In this document: piece after piece, positions 36,764 through 54,949 of the stretch | How positions within the stretch are numbered: the first letter of the stretch is position 1 | Layout: the number at the start of each line of letters is the position of its first letter | Assembly: GCA_043228905.1 (NCBI GenBank) | Contig: JBHGNT010000012.1 | Location: 3,906,001-3,970,000, forward strand | Source: Azolla caroliniana | Lineage: Eukaryota > Plantae > Polypodiophyta | Length of the DNA stretch: 64,000 nt | Direction: 5' to 3' | The notes under the pieces: generated by a model | Seen by the model: the letters and a program-made list of their open reading frames with translations, nothing else | Database searches by the model: none | What the model was told of the DNA's origin: nothing | Position numbers and translations under genes: made by a program

Positions 36764-39364
36764 ATGCCAGCTGCCCAGGTCCTGCCCTGCTCCCACATTC
36801 AGCACCATGTCAGAGGAAGTGTAAGTACAATCAAGCTCCTTCAACACACTAAAACCATTATAACCAAGAGATCAAGGAGCAATCCAGTGGTGAAGGCGGT
36901 TAGCGCAGACGGGGCCCACGTTCTCCCAACGCCCAACTACATTAACCGATCGTCTGCCAAAGAGAGAGTATATGATGTTGTCCTTAAGCAAGCTGCCCTC
37001 TTGTCAAAGAGAGCTACTACAACAGAAACTAACAGTGATAGCAGCTCTATTGGTATCTTGGGAAGAGAGGATGTTCTCGATGATCCCACTACCATAGCTA
37101 GCTCCATGGGTCCTCTCTCTGACATTTCGGCTCAAGTCCTGAATGATGCATATGCTCGATGTGGAGAGGTTTGCGCAGAGTATGCCAAAACTTTCAGCCT
37201 CGGTGGGTAAACATTCTTCTTTTAAGTTCTAACTCTAATTCCCCTAAAACTTCTAGAATCCTAAATTCTTAACCCTTAAACCCTAATCCATAGTACTGAA
37301 CCCTAAACCCTTTAAATGTAAAATTGGGCCCTGAATATTTCTGGAAATGTGAAATTGTCTCCTTCATTTATGATATACATGTGATTGTTGATATGTGTTT
37401 TTTATGTGAATAGGTACAATGTTGATGACACCCGAGCGACAACGCGCAATCTGGGCTATCTATGGTAAAAACCCTATGGCTTGCCTTGCTGCATTCTTTA
37501 TGATGTATGTTTCATTTTGGTGAATGCATAATATATGAATAAGGATTTTAAACGTAAAGAGTATAGGATTTATGGATTCAGATTTAGGTTTAAAATATTG
37601 TAAGGATTTACAACATTTGAACATATACTTCTTTTATGTAGATAATTCCAGACACTCAAAATAGATTGGTCATTGTGGATGATATTTATTTTCTCCTTGT
37701 TCTGTATAGAATTTAAGGTACTAGGACATTTTGATGTACATGTGCCTTTTGTATATGCAATTGCTCACCCAAGGGAAATTTGTCTTTCTGAATTTAGGGC
37801 ATTTCATTTTGATATGTGGCAATCTTAGGAAGTTGGGGTTGTGTGATTTTGGTTGATTTTGGTTTTGTGTCTATGAATGTTTAGTGTGGTGTAGGAGAAC
37901 TGATGAGCTTGTGGATGGTCCAAATGCATCCCACATAACTCCAGCTGCACTTGATCGGTGGGAGAAGAGATTGGAGGATGTTTTCGAGGGTAAACCATAT
38001 GATATGCTTGATGCAGCCCTTGCTGATGTAGTCAGAAAGTTCCCCATTGATATCCAGGTTAATTTCTTACATGCATTAACTGACCTAATGGACCTAACTA
38101 TGGTCCTTCATGAATTTATCTAATGTAGCTGATGGATTGACTAAATGATTTCATAAGTCCACATATGCTTGTAACAAGTTTAACATATCTCGTAGTGCAT
38201 TGATGCATTGAGGTTAAAAAATAATAATTAAATCAATATCGTTTTTGGGGAACTGTGCAGCCATTCCGTGACATGATTGATGGCATGCGACTAGATCTTG
38301 TAAAAGCACGATACGAGACGTTCGATGAGCTCTACCTTTATTGCTACTATGTTGCTGGGACTGTAGGATTGATGAGTGTGCCAGTGATGGGTATAGCACC
38401 AGAGTCAAAAGCAAGTGTAGAAAGTGTCTACAATTCGGGCCTCATGTTAGGAATCGCAAACCAGCTTACAAACATTTTAAGAGATGTTGGAGAAGAGTAT
38501 GTTCTCACTCACGAATTACTCTCTTGAGATGTTTGAGAAAAGTATGCTCACTCACTCAAGATGTTTGAGAAGAGTATGCGCACTCATTCACTCGTTTGAG
38601 GTTTTGGTCAATTGTATGATCAGTCAGTTTGGTGAAGAGAAGTCCACCTTGAAGATATAAGACTTATTTCTTTTTTGTTCTTGGATAGTGCTCGGCGTGG
38701 AAGGATCTATCTCCCAAAGGATGAACTAGCACAATTTGGAATTGGTGAGGAAGATATTTTTGCTGGCAAAGTCACAGATAAATGGAGGGCCTTCATGAAA
38801 AATCAAATCGAGAGGGCGCGCATGTTTTTCAACGAAGCTGAGAAAGGTGTAATTGAGCTCGATAAAGACAGTAGATGGCCGGTATGTCTTGTGTTTATAA
38901 ATCATTTTATTTATGTCAAAACAAGTTTAGGGTTTAGCATTTGGTCCTTCGGTGTTTATTTGGGGGGTTTAAATAAAAAATAAAAAATAAAACTCTTGAA
39001 ATCAATTCATGTTCTGTTCCTCTTGGAATAATCACATTGTTAGACAAAATCTTGGATTCAACCTGGTTTCAGGTTTTTGTTTAAGGTTCAATGTTTATGT
39101 TGAAAAGTTTCTTGAAATCAATTCTGTAAGTGTGAGGAAAAACAAGACATGCTTCGTTTAATTCAGGTATGGGCTTCATTGATTTTGTATCGGCAAATCT
39201 TGGATTCGATTGAGGCCAATGATTATAATAACTTCACGATGCGTGCATATGTGGGGAAGTGGAAAAAGCTCCTCTCACTACCAGTTGCTTATGGAAGAGC
39301 CTTAATATCTCCATCAATGGCTTCAATCAATGTAAGCAAAAAAAAGCTGAACCCCTTGATGTAG
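36764..39364 (+). CDS. PSY: Phytoene synthase, plastid-targeted
   Basis: Exons 36764-37202, 37414-37464 (51), 37885-38057 (173), 38261-38496 (236), 38689-38881 (193) and 39167-39364; internal sizes are typical of plant PSY. Motifs [17 protein letters not shown] and [14 protein letters not shown]-terminal transit-peptide-like region. Confidence 0.97.
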
Positions 39365-39929
39365 ATAAAAGAAAATTTCATTTATTATGATTCTCCATAG
39401 AAGCACCACGATTAAAGGGCTGAGTGTTGGGACTTGCACTTAGTAAGCCTATAAAGAGTGGCTGAGATTCATATAAATTATATACAGGCAATGTGGAAAA
39501 AAGATAAACATCTTTCACATTCAACTTGTTCTAGTATTATGCCTATGGATAATCAAAACATTGCCTCACAAATGAGGACTATTTGTGAAAGTTTGGATCT
39601 TCCGAACACGCCTTTTCCTTGCTTCGAGGCTTTCGAAGCTTTGCAATCTGATATCATTGTATGTCATCCAACATCCTGTATATAAGAAGATCGCCTTCAT
39701 CCAATATCTTTTTTTCCTTCTTATATTTTTTGTGTAACACTTCGCATACATGATGTAAAATGCCTAGAAAAACCCAAAACAATTGAAAACGTTTCTAAAC
39801 TTGAATATTCATGATTATTTCAAACTGAGTCTTGCTTAGTATGATGAAGTCATCATTGAGAAGTAGAGAGATGTAGGATAAAGTTAATGTTTCAATTTTA
39901 CTGAACAGAATGTTGATAAAATCAGTTGA

Positions 39930-40810
39930 AATACGATTTGACAAACAATATCAAATCTAAAGGCATACTCAGTGACCTTAAAAATGGTTGATGAAAATAT
40001 TTGATACATTGGTAATCCAAGTCATGCTACACGGATGGAGGTTTGGGATGAGGTATACCCCCTTTCTAGATGGAAGTACATCAACAAGGTACAAAAGGTT
40101 TCCTATGATGCCACCTTGCTGTCCAAACACCCACATCTTACATGCTCCATGCTGCTCCTTGGAACTGAGGTGAGAGCATTTGAACTAGGGAGCTTGATGA
40201 GAGTCCATGTGTATGGCGAAAGTAGAGGACATTGATCTGCATTGTCCACCAACCCAAGCTTGGCATGCTAATAACAAACTATAAGAAACAAATAAAGGCA
40301 AAATTGTCTCCTGTAGTAGGAATATCCCTCAAACAGCTAGGTTTGAATGGGTTTGGCGATTCGGTTCGGTTCTGTTTAAACAGTTTGGTTTGAGACTCCC
40401 AAACCGAATCTAATCGTTTCCAATTTATAGAATGTACCCAACCACATCTTCACCCCCATGTTATTTAATGCAAGTAGGGTAATCAGCATCCACATTTGTG
40501 GTCATGGGCTTGAAATTGAGAAAGACATCTAAAGAGTACTCGGTGGAGCAAAACAAATCTGCATGCTGACATAGTCAAGAGATTTAGGCCGAGATGCATC
40601 TCATGCTGTGATGTGAAGCACCATTTGATAATGCTTCCTGCCATCAATTACTGAATGCACCAACCTACACAACTTGTCCATGTCGGTTACACTGACTTGC
40701 CTCTCGTGCATATGCATCTCTCTACTAAAGCATGCCGGTCACAAAGAAAACTCTCTTGTATTGCTCTTTTGGGCCTTGTAAATCATATTTCTAGCATCAT
40801 CATCATCATC
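39930..40810 (+). mobile_element. Highly decayed 3' fragment of an RTE/RTEX-like LINE, containing a small MITE-like insert (~40314-40440)
   Basis: KIFDTLVIQVMLHG/EVW and ICGHGLEIE remnants, homologous to the LINE at 6.7-9.3 kb; (CAT)n tail at ~40795-40810. Confidence 0.55.
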
Positions 40811-41149
40811 TCTCTATAGTGCAAATACCAAAAGTAGGTCCAAATTTGCGTAATGTAGTATCCAGAAAATTTCATGCCGAGACATATGTGCCTTAATAAC
40901 TCTCATAATATCATATGATGTCATTGCTTTTACGTTATTGATCATCCAAAATGACATTGATTAGAATTTCATGTAGTCTGATTCCGTCCTTCCAGCGTTT
41001 TTGTCATGTTTGTTTAATCAGCCTTATTTGTTGTTTCATTCCCACAAAAACCCTTTTGGTCTGCATTATGACTTGCAATAGAATCTTTGGATTGATACTG
41101 AACTTACTTCAACAATATAGATCAATGAACTAATAAGTAATAGATCAAA

Positions 41150-41472
41150 TATCGTCATCTTCATGGAAATGTTGGTAATAATTCTTTCAATACACCAACA
41201 TCTCCTATGTGCTTCTCCAATGTACATACAAGGGTGCCATGATCTATGGAAGGCTAAATAATATGTTCATTCATCATTCCGTTTCTGTCTTCAAAGTATA
41301 TTGGATCATCAAATCTCATCATCTTCATGGAAATATTGGTAAGAATTCTTTCAATACACCAGCATTTCCTATATGCTTCTCCAATGTACATACAACGTTA
41401 TCATGATCTATGGAAGGGTAAATAATATGTTCCATTCATCGTCCCATTTCTGTCTTCAAAGTATATTGGATC
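41150..41472. repeat. ~163-bp tandem duplication
   Basis: TCATCTTCATGGAAAT...GTCTTCAAAGTATATTGGATC occurs twice. Confidence 0.85.
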
Positions 41473-43556
41473 TTTAAACATCTCCAAATGCATTGCTAAA
41501 TGGGTCGTTGGATATATTCATTCATCTTTTCCAATGATGTGTTGATGATGATCTTAATATCCAAAGCTATCTCCAACATGTTCCTTACCTTATTGACAAT
41601 TAATGGTACATCAATTTTCTACTTCTTGTGCTGCCAAAAGATTTGAAAACAATGAATTGTGGATGCCTTGTTTTTCAAATATGATCCTATACACGAAATA
41701 CTTACAGTGGTTTGCTTTCATTCAGTCACAGCATGCACATGTTTTTTGGGGATATAAATAAGGCTAATGTTAGTTTATGCATAGACATGATTCCTGCTAC
41801 ACCATGCACCTAGCATGATTATGTCTTTGGTGTTGCCTTTGTTTTTGGCAAGGGCACTTAAAGCAATGAATGGGTTTTCTATGCATCAAATAGAAACAAA
41901 AAGTGTATTTCAGAGTCCATGATATATTACATATCAATAATGATACACATGAATTTGGTGTACTTCAAGCAATACATTCAAATGTTGATGAGTCTTTAAA
42001 CTACTTATCATGAAGACAACATGCAAGGAAATCATATAGGAGGAAATAGATTACAAATTAATATAAGTTAGAACTCTCAAAACACAAGGAACACTAAGAA
42101 GAAGTTTGCATTGCATTACATACTCCATACAGTCAAAGATGAGCCAATATACATGAGAAATTGCATGTATGCTTTCTTCATGCCTATAGGGCACATGGAT
42201 TAAATGGAAAGCTTAGGTATGCTAATGGAGTAAGTGTGAATTGTGAAATTTTGAAGACCATTAAACTATTGATGTCCATTACCTCATAAATATCTACATG
42301 AATCTTAGGCCTCATGGTTTACTAGAAATAAGCATGTGTCTTAATTTGAATGCTCATCTTTATTGATTGAACTACAATACTTGAGCCTCAGTAGAATCTA
42401 GTGAATATTGATTTACATTTTTCACCATGTCAATTAAGCTTTTGTTATTCATTAACACAAGTGAGGGTCAAATTGAGTCCCAATTACCTTAGAAAAGGAT
42501 GTGCCACCTATCATCTTATAAATAGACAAATGAACAGTACGTAATAATAAAACGATTGAGTTTCTACCGCATTGGAAGCTCACTTGCAAGTCCAAGCAAC
42601 CTTTTTAGACACTACATCTAGGGGAAGTCATCTAAAATTGTGAGATAACTTGGAGACTAAATAAGATAATGATAAAGGGGAGAAGTTAAGACCTACCAGG
42701 ATACATTTAAGCAATGGAAAATTAAAGAAGGCATTCTTCACATCTGTTTGATAGAGAAGCCAAACCTTTGTCTATTTTAACTATGATATGTTGCATAGTT
42801 TGTATCTTGGGAACATGTCAATGACATTTTTGACATGTAGCATAATCACACGAAGTATGGATAATTTGCAACATTTGAATATGAGGAAGTATAAAATAAT
42901 ATTTTTAAATAGTTACCTCGAATATCAAAAGCAAATGAAAAGAAAACAAGAAAGAAATCATAGTATAGATTTTTTAAAATAAAAAGAGCAATGGAATCTT
43001 GCCTATTTCTAGCATTGGAAAACAATGATATGTCACTTCAACTTCACTTTGTGTAGGCCAAACTTTTTTTTTGAGTATGTGATGAAAACGCACCAATGTC
43101 CTATTAGGGCCAACATGACCAATAGGATCCACATATATATAGAGACATTCCTCACAAAAATGTTCTTCTATTGGATCTACCCGAACTTGTTGGAAGTAAT
43201 GACATAGACCTTTCATTCTATATCAAGGTTCAAGGTTTTACACTCTTTTTATCAAATATGGCTTGAAATAATCCTACTACAAGGAATCAAAACAAAAAAG
43301 CTTTCAAGTCATATGAAAGATTGGCAAAATAAGCATTGGGGTATTTATAGCATTTGGGTTAGTGTCACAAGGAGAGTAAGCATATCCATAAATATTAGTA
43401 TAGCCCAACTAGAGATCGACTTGATAGGTGTGTCGTTCGATATTGAAAAGGGCAAACAAAGTAATTATATGCCTAATGAAATGAAGTATGTAGATCCAAT
43501 GAATGACCCACTACAACTATAGGTGTGATTTTCAAAATTGAATACGAATGAATACG

Positions 43557-43802
43557 CTCATGCATTAGGAACCATCAATCTTATATGACACACTTTTTTC
43601 GTGTGTTCTAGGCAATATGTTTCACTATGTTATTTTACTCAAGTCGCTCCAAGCATGTCCATAACAATCTTCCTCATGCATTAGGAACCATCAATCTTAT
43701 ATCACACAAAGTTTCATGTGTGTTCAAACCCTTCGTGGTAGACATTATGTTTCACTATGTTGCTTTACTCAAGTGACCGCAAGCATGTCCATAGCAATCT
43801 TG
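43557..43802. repeat. Diverged ~120-bp tandem duplication
   Basis: CTCATGCATTAGGAACCATCAATCTTATAT...CAAGCATGTCCATARCAATCTT occurs twice. Confidence 0.8.
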
Positions 43803-45073
43803 CTCTTCGTCTCTAATGTCATCAAGGTTGATGTAAACTAACGAAAATATACTAATATGTAAAAGAAAATAATGACATGCTTGCTTGTCTTCGAAATAAC
43901 CTATATATCTGCGATGACAATTGAGGCTACTAATCACATCAAAATTAAGATTGAGCACAATCAAGAAAAATAATAAACAACCCAAGTACTTCGAGCATAT
44001 GCTTAATCAACATAACAAACAATTATGATAATTATATATTAGCTTAATTATCCCAATCATCTCAATAACTTTAGCCCTTTGTTGAGGCTGCTAATTAACC
44101 ACATTAAGCTTAAAATTGGAACCAAAATGTTGAATCTTCTCAATTATGGATTGCCAATTTTTTATTAGAAACATAATTGGAAATTTAAGCTTCTAATGTG
44201 AAAAATTAAGGCAAGCTCACGTGCTCCTTAGGGATAAATTCGTGACTACAAATTGTAAGTAGAAAATTCATTTATACTTATCATAATTTAATAGTCATAA
44301 CCTCACAATTATTGACAAATACCCTAGTAATTTGCCTTTCCATATGGTAAATTCTAAGTACTATTGCATTTTTGGAGAGAGACCACTTTTAACAAAAAAC
44401 ATTTGAGCCAATAAGATTTCTGTTGTTTCTAAAACATGAAAACAGCATTTCATTACCCATTAAAATTTTTAAAAACGATTCTTATTGAGGGGTAGAGAGA
44501 GGAGTTGCAATAACATCTAACTGTGATAGCAAAGTTTTTTGAATGGAATGGCATTATTATTCGGGTTCGTCTTGCTCCCACTCAATTTACCTTCATTTTT
44601 GCATCCTTAATTTACCACCTTATATAGTTTGATAATTTTATGTGCACTACATAATACTCATCCTTTGAGGAATGTCCAATCCAAGGACATTTCATTTAGT
44701 GCATGAAGCTACCATATTTTGCGCTTCCAAAGTTTCTCTCAAGGAGCTTACATGTCTATGGAAACAATCAATCATCCAGTGGAAGTTTCTCTCAAGGTGC
44801 TTTCAAAATTTGTGGATTTCGTTTAGTATTATATTACTTTCTCACAATTTATTCATACTCTCATATGATAGAATAATGACCTTTATACTTTAAATCTTCA
44901 TAGAACAGCCAGAAATACAAATGATATAACATGATGACCCTAGAGGGTTCACATTTTAAAACACAGGTCCCCCCCCCCCCCCTACCTAGATCTTCAGGAA
45001 ACTAATGGAGATATACAACCCGAATAGATCGAAACCTTAGTTGAGGTCAAGATATTAAATGGCACACAATCTT

Positions 45074-49862
<4,789 letters not shown>

Positions 49863-50220
49863 TTTGGATATGATAAAAGGGCAATTTCTTGGGGGGGGGG
49901 GGGAGGAAGAAGAGGAGACTTCTTCTTTTTTTAGGGTTTTCAGAGATGGGGGGGGGGGGGGGGGGGGTTCTGAGAGAGAAAGACAGAACAGAACAGAACA
50001 GAACAGAGAATCGCAGACACAGAGAGAGAGAGAGAGAGAGAGAGTGAGTGAGTAACAGGGGAAGAAGAGATAGACAGAGAAAGATAGAGAGAGAGAGAAA
50101 GAGAGAGAGTGGGCTGCTTATCTTGACCAGGTTTTTGTTGACTGAGTTTGACAATGACTTCTTGTGTGGAGCCGCCTCCCCCTTCTCAGAAGTTGGAAAA
50201 AGTCAAGGGCCTTATCCACA

Positions 50221-50510
50221 CGGACACACACGATTGACCCGAGCCATCCCACCGGACACACGGGGGTCAATAGGTCAATTGGGCCCATAACGGGGTCGGT
50301 CGGGTCAATAGGTCAACAATAATTGGGTCATATATGTCAATAAACTGGATCAATGCGTCGATACCTAGGTTCAATCGGTCAATTAATGACCTCTCGACCC
50401 TGTGTGTCAACAATAATTGGGTCATATATGTCAATAAACTGGATCAATGTGTCGATACCTAGGTTCAATCGGTCAATTAATGACCTCCGGACCGGACCCT
50501 GTGTGTTCCT
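50221..50510. repeat. MITE-like element with an internal 94-bp tandem duplication in the CPK promoter
   Basis: Inverted ends ACACACGGGGGTC (~50256) and GACCCTGTGTGT (~50495). GTCAACAATAATTGGG...AATGACCTC occurs at 50312 and 50406. Confidence 0.6.
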
Positions 50511-51755
50511 TGTCCGTGCAATGTCGACGAATCCAATCAAGTCTCGTGGGGGCAACTTTACTAACTTCACTCGTGTTGACCACCCCACGTCTGCTCCACC
50601 ACCACCACCACCACTTTACCAAGTTCGTTTTTGTCCCTTTCACACTTTATGCTTGAGTCCACATGATCCATCGAGATCTCCTCTCCACACTTTTCTATTT
50701 TGGGGGGGTTGGGGGGCACTTTTCTGTCTCTCACCCGACAAGCCGCACCCCAACTTTCTCTAGGCTTGACCCATTTCCGAGCAGCTCTGCTACCTTGGGT
50801 CACATTCTTTCGTTCAAGTTATTAGGAGTGCTTAACCTTCTGAGTCCACTTACCTATAATTTTATTTTATTTTATTTTATCCATCCATTTTCACTAGAGC
50901 ACTTTGTATAGATATTTCATTCCAAGGATATAGTCTAATCCAAGTAAATGGTTTGGTCTAGGTAGACATTGTCATACTTCTTGTTGATAACCTTGTCCTT
51001 TTGCTCTAGACATCGTAAATAACCTCTTGCTTCGATTCATTCCTTTCACTTGAGAATATAATCTCGTGCCCTAGTTAAATGCCTGTAGGTGCTCTCTTGA
51101 GTCAATGCTCTTTCATTCTAGATAAATGTGTTTACTTGGGGCCATGTGGGTGCTTACCATAGACCTCTTACTATGGATAGGTGGGTGTTCATTTGCTTTT
51201 ATAAATTTTGATATTGGTCTCATCAAACCATGTTCCATGTCTTCTAGGCACTCTAGATTGTTTTTCATCATTTGTTTGCATTCTTTCATAACCTTTCTAG
51301 TGTCTAGAAGTCCCTTCTTGTGTCACAAGTGTAGTTGTGCCCAATTATTGAGTCACCTCTTTGTCGGTAGTTGAGCACTCTTTGTTATTTTTGCGTCCTA
51401 GGAAACTCCTCTATATCCACACTTGATGTTATCATTTTCTCATTGTGGTCCATATCTTATTGGTGGCCTTCGAAGTTTATTGTTTAAGACCAAGAACATT
51501 ACAATATCCACACTCTTGTTGACGAAAATAAGGGAAATTTTCTTGTCTTACTCTTTGGGTCCTTCAATCCCATTAGCAAAAATAAATTTTCTCTTGTTGA
51601 TGTTGGTGAAAGTACCACTTAATGGTGCACCCAAATCCTATAGAGAAAAGTATTCCCATCCTACAAGTTAGGTCCCATTGAAGACTTGGGCTCTACCATC
51701 AAAGCCATCAATATTGTTGAGTTTGCAATACCACTTTTGTGCGAACACTTCCCAT

Positions 51756-51812
51756 TGTCGTGATTGAGAGCATGAGAGAGGGAGAAAATAGAAGAAAAGA
51801 AGATGATAGAAG

Positions 51813-51863
<51 letters not shown>

Positions 51864-52191
51864 ACTAGAAAGGGAAAGGAATTTATATTATAAGAGAACA
51901 AGGGTTACAAAGAGTAGGCTAAGGGGTTGAAGACTAGCATTGAATCGAATGAGTTCTGATGAATGAATAGACACCTATTTATAGGTCCTTATAGAGTAAA
52001 TCTAGAATATTTAAGATAATCATGAAATATTCTAGAATGTTCCAGAATACTCTAAATATCTTGTAATAACTACTGATAAATTATTATATTTATATATTAT
52101 ATGTGTTATCATAATGGTTAAAGGTTTAACACATAGAGCAAGAAGATGTGGGTTTGAATCCTTGTAAGCCAAAAAGTATGTTTTTATGACA
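51756..52191 (-). mobile_element. Solo LTR related to the chromovirus LTRs
   Basis: TGTCGTGA...TTATGACA ends, with flanks CCCAT/CCCGC (degenerate TSD). Shares the (GA)n block, AAGACTAGCRTTGAA, the TATA region, TTCTAGAATGTTC and the terminal A/B-box module with 13716-14150. Confidence 0.75.
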
Positions 52192-52339
52192 CCCGCTCCT
52201 TTGGTATTGTAGTCAGATCTTGGTGTTCTTGCACGATTGCTCTTGAGTAATTTCTTATTTCATTTCATTGAAAGATTCATTGTAGTATATTACTTAAAAA
52301 TTGTACATGGAGAAAATAGAATGAGACATTTCATCTCAC

Positions 52340-53760
52340 TTCTATCGTGATACAAAGGCTATTATAAGCATATGATCAAGAAGATGTTGCCATATATGAA
52401 ACAAGTAGAACAATAAAGATACGTTGTGCAACATAAAAGAAGGTATGGCATAATTCCACTTCAAACTAGAAGTTGTATCCAAAAATAAGTGAAGTCTGTG
52501 CGATCCATTCGTTGGGTTTATCAATGAGTAGTGTCCCCCTTCTTCCACGCAACACATCTCCAAGGTTATTGCGATCTTGATGCTCTCTCATCCATATATT
52601 GGATTAATTTGTTGATCCATGAATTCGATTTTCCCGAAACATAAATCCGCGATATTGCACTTCATTATGGTTCTTTTATGTTGTCCCATACTTCATTAAT
52701 TAGGAGTCAATCTTTGTGCTTTATCTTTTCATTCTCATTGAAGCAACTGCTCTCTTATTATGATTTAGTTTTCCTAATGAGCTTGAAGCATTTTTTACTT
52801 TTTGATGCTTCATGAGATCCTTTCCTCTTTTATTTGCTTTCCCTTTAAAGATCTTTCATCCCTTTAAGTTATCTTTGCTTCCACATAGCTTGATTCTTGA
52901 CGCCTCTTCCATATTTGACCATCATTCGGTCCTTTTGCAGTTTCTACTCATGAATTCTTACCCATGCCTTTTAAGAGTTTGAGTCTTCAATCAATCATAT
53001 GATACTCCAAGTTCAAAAAGCTCCGTTTTAGCTCGTTGGAGTGCATGTATGACTCAAGAAACCCAAATCATGTGATATCCAAGTCAAACTTTGAAAGAGT
53101 AGGATTCCATCACCAATAGGTTAACCTAAGGGCAACAATGACCCATTATTTTTTTCCACAAAAACTATACTCTATTGGTATTAAAATTAACAATGCCAAA
53201 GGCAATATACAATTTGTACATAATAGTTTCTACTCCACAAGTGTCTATAAAAAGACCAAATATAAACAATGACGTTTGGCAAGATAAGGCTAATTATATC
53301 CATGAAAACTCTCTCAGCCTTTGCCAACACGACCCATTCTCAACCTATAAACAAATTCTTGTGGTCCAAGAGAATACATATCTTTACATATCTTGGTGGT
53401 AATCCTAGACAACATATCCCGACTGTCCACCCTAGCTAGTAGACTAAAAACTCCATATATGCCTTTGATTTTGCCAATACTGGAGTTGTTCACCATCACC
53501 TGATTATCCACTAGGGTGATGCTATTTGACAAATGTTTTGTACACAACAGTTGAAGACACCAAAATAGTTCATGATGCACCTGACGCTTGGGTAAAACGT
53601 GATGGGCTGCCATGGATAGCCCCCATGCATCATCTCCGAAATCAAAACGACCATTTCCTTCATCTCCACAAAAATTGAAATGTACTTGTAATAATCTCCC
53701 TATAAACAAGATGAATTATGTCCTCCACACCTCACACAATCTGCTTCGATCCCCACATTA
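52340..53760 (-). mobile_element. Highly decayed L1-like LINE remnant
   Basis: Endonuclease-end-like SRI..DMY and GRFDF..W fragments in broken frames. Confidence 0.35.
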
Positions 53761-54830
53761 TGTTCACTCTTAAGAATAGAGAAATTGCTTCATTCAGTCC
53801 ACATCAACCATCTCGCCGAATACCACCAATGTCTTGTGCAGTTAACAACAAAATAAGTGAAAAATGGTTCCTCATCCCCTCATGATTTGCTTCAGTCCCC
53901 CCCACCATCATCACTCCTAAAAATAGACAAATTGCTTCATTCAATCCACATCCACCATCTCGCCGAATACCACCAATGTCCTGTGCAATTAACAACAAAA
54001 TAAGTGAAAAATGATTCCTCATCCCCTCATGATCTTCTTCAGCCCTCACACCAACACCACTCATCCTCTCACCGTGACAAACATGCTTCAAATCCCATTG
54101 CCATCATCCCGCAACCTATAAGAACCATAATATCTTCTTAACTCAACCCATATCCAGAGCATCTCGCTGACCCTATTCCATCTCACCGATTACCGCGATC
54201 CTGTAGTAACAACCAAAAATGAGTGAAAAACAATTCCTCACCTTCCCATAATAATCTGCTTCAGCCCCCACACCAACATCACTCATCCTGATCACAAAAA
54301 CAGAAAATCGGCTTCGTCATGTCCCCATCTATCATCTCGCTATCTCCTATTCTCTCAGGATTCCTGCCTATTATTGCTAAAATCCACCGAGATCTTGTGC
54401 AAATAACAAAAAATAAGTGAAAAATGTTTTGTCCTCCACTCATGATCTGCTACAACCCTCACACCATCACCACCCATTCTCTTGTGATGACAAATATGCT
54501 TCAAACCCCATCGCCATCATCCCTCAACCTAATAGAACCATAACATCTTCATAAGTAAGCCCTGATCTGAAGCATCTCGTTGACCTTCTTGCCATATCGC
54601 TGATTACCTTCAAAATCTTGTTACACTAACAACCAACAAATGAGTGGAAAAAATCCTCACCTTCTCATATTAATCTGCGACAACCCCCCACCAACATCAG
54701 TCATCCTGATCACAAAAATAGAAAACCAATTTCCTCATGTCCACATCCACCATCTCGATGTCTCCGATTATCATAGGAATTCCGCCTCATACCACTGAAA
54801 TCCTTCTTATACTACTCTGCTTTAGCACCC
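53755..54830. repeat. Hierarchical diverged tandem array (~147-bp units within ~415-bp units)
   Basis: CCATCTCGCCGAATACCACC at 53808 and 53955; AACAAC..AAATRAGTGAAAAA recurs five times; CCTGATCACAAAAA at 54287 and 54706. Confidence 0.8.
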
Positions 54831-54949
54831 AAAACATCATCCCTCATCCTCATGTCTTCATCCACCATATGGCTATCTTCACTTGTCATCACTACCTTAT
54901 ACATTAAAATAGCCTTCCTACATGCCGCAATCGTCTCCTCCATGTTGGC

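Noticed and set aside
41400-42300. Possible hAT transposase remnant on the minus strand
   Set aside because: Only faint motif resemblance in broken frames; cannot be supported without an HMM search.
53755-54830. CRISPR-like repeat-spacer array
   Set aside because: Eukaryotic context, the units are long and diverged over their whole length, and there are no unique spacers or cas genes.
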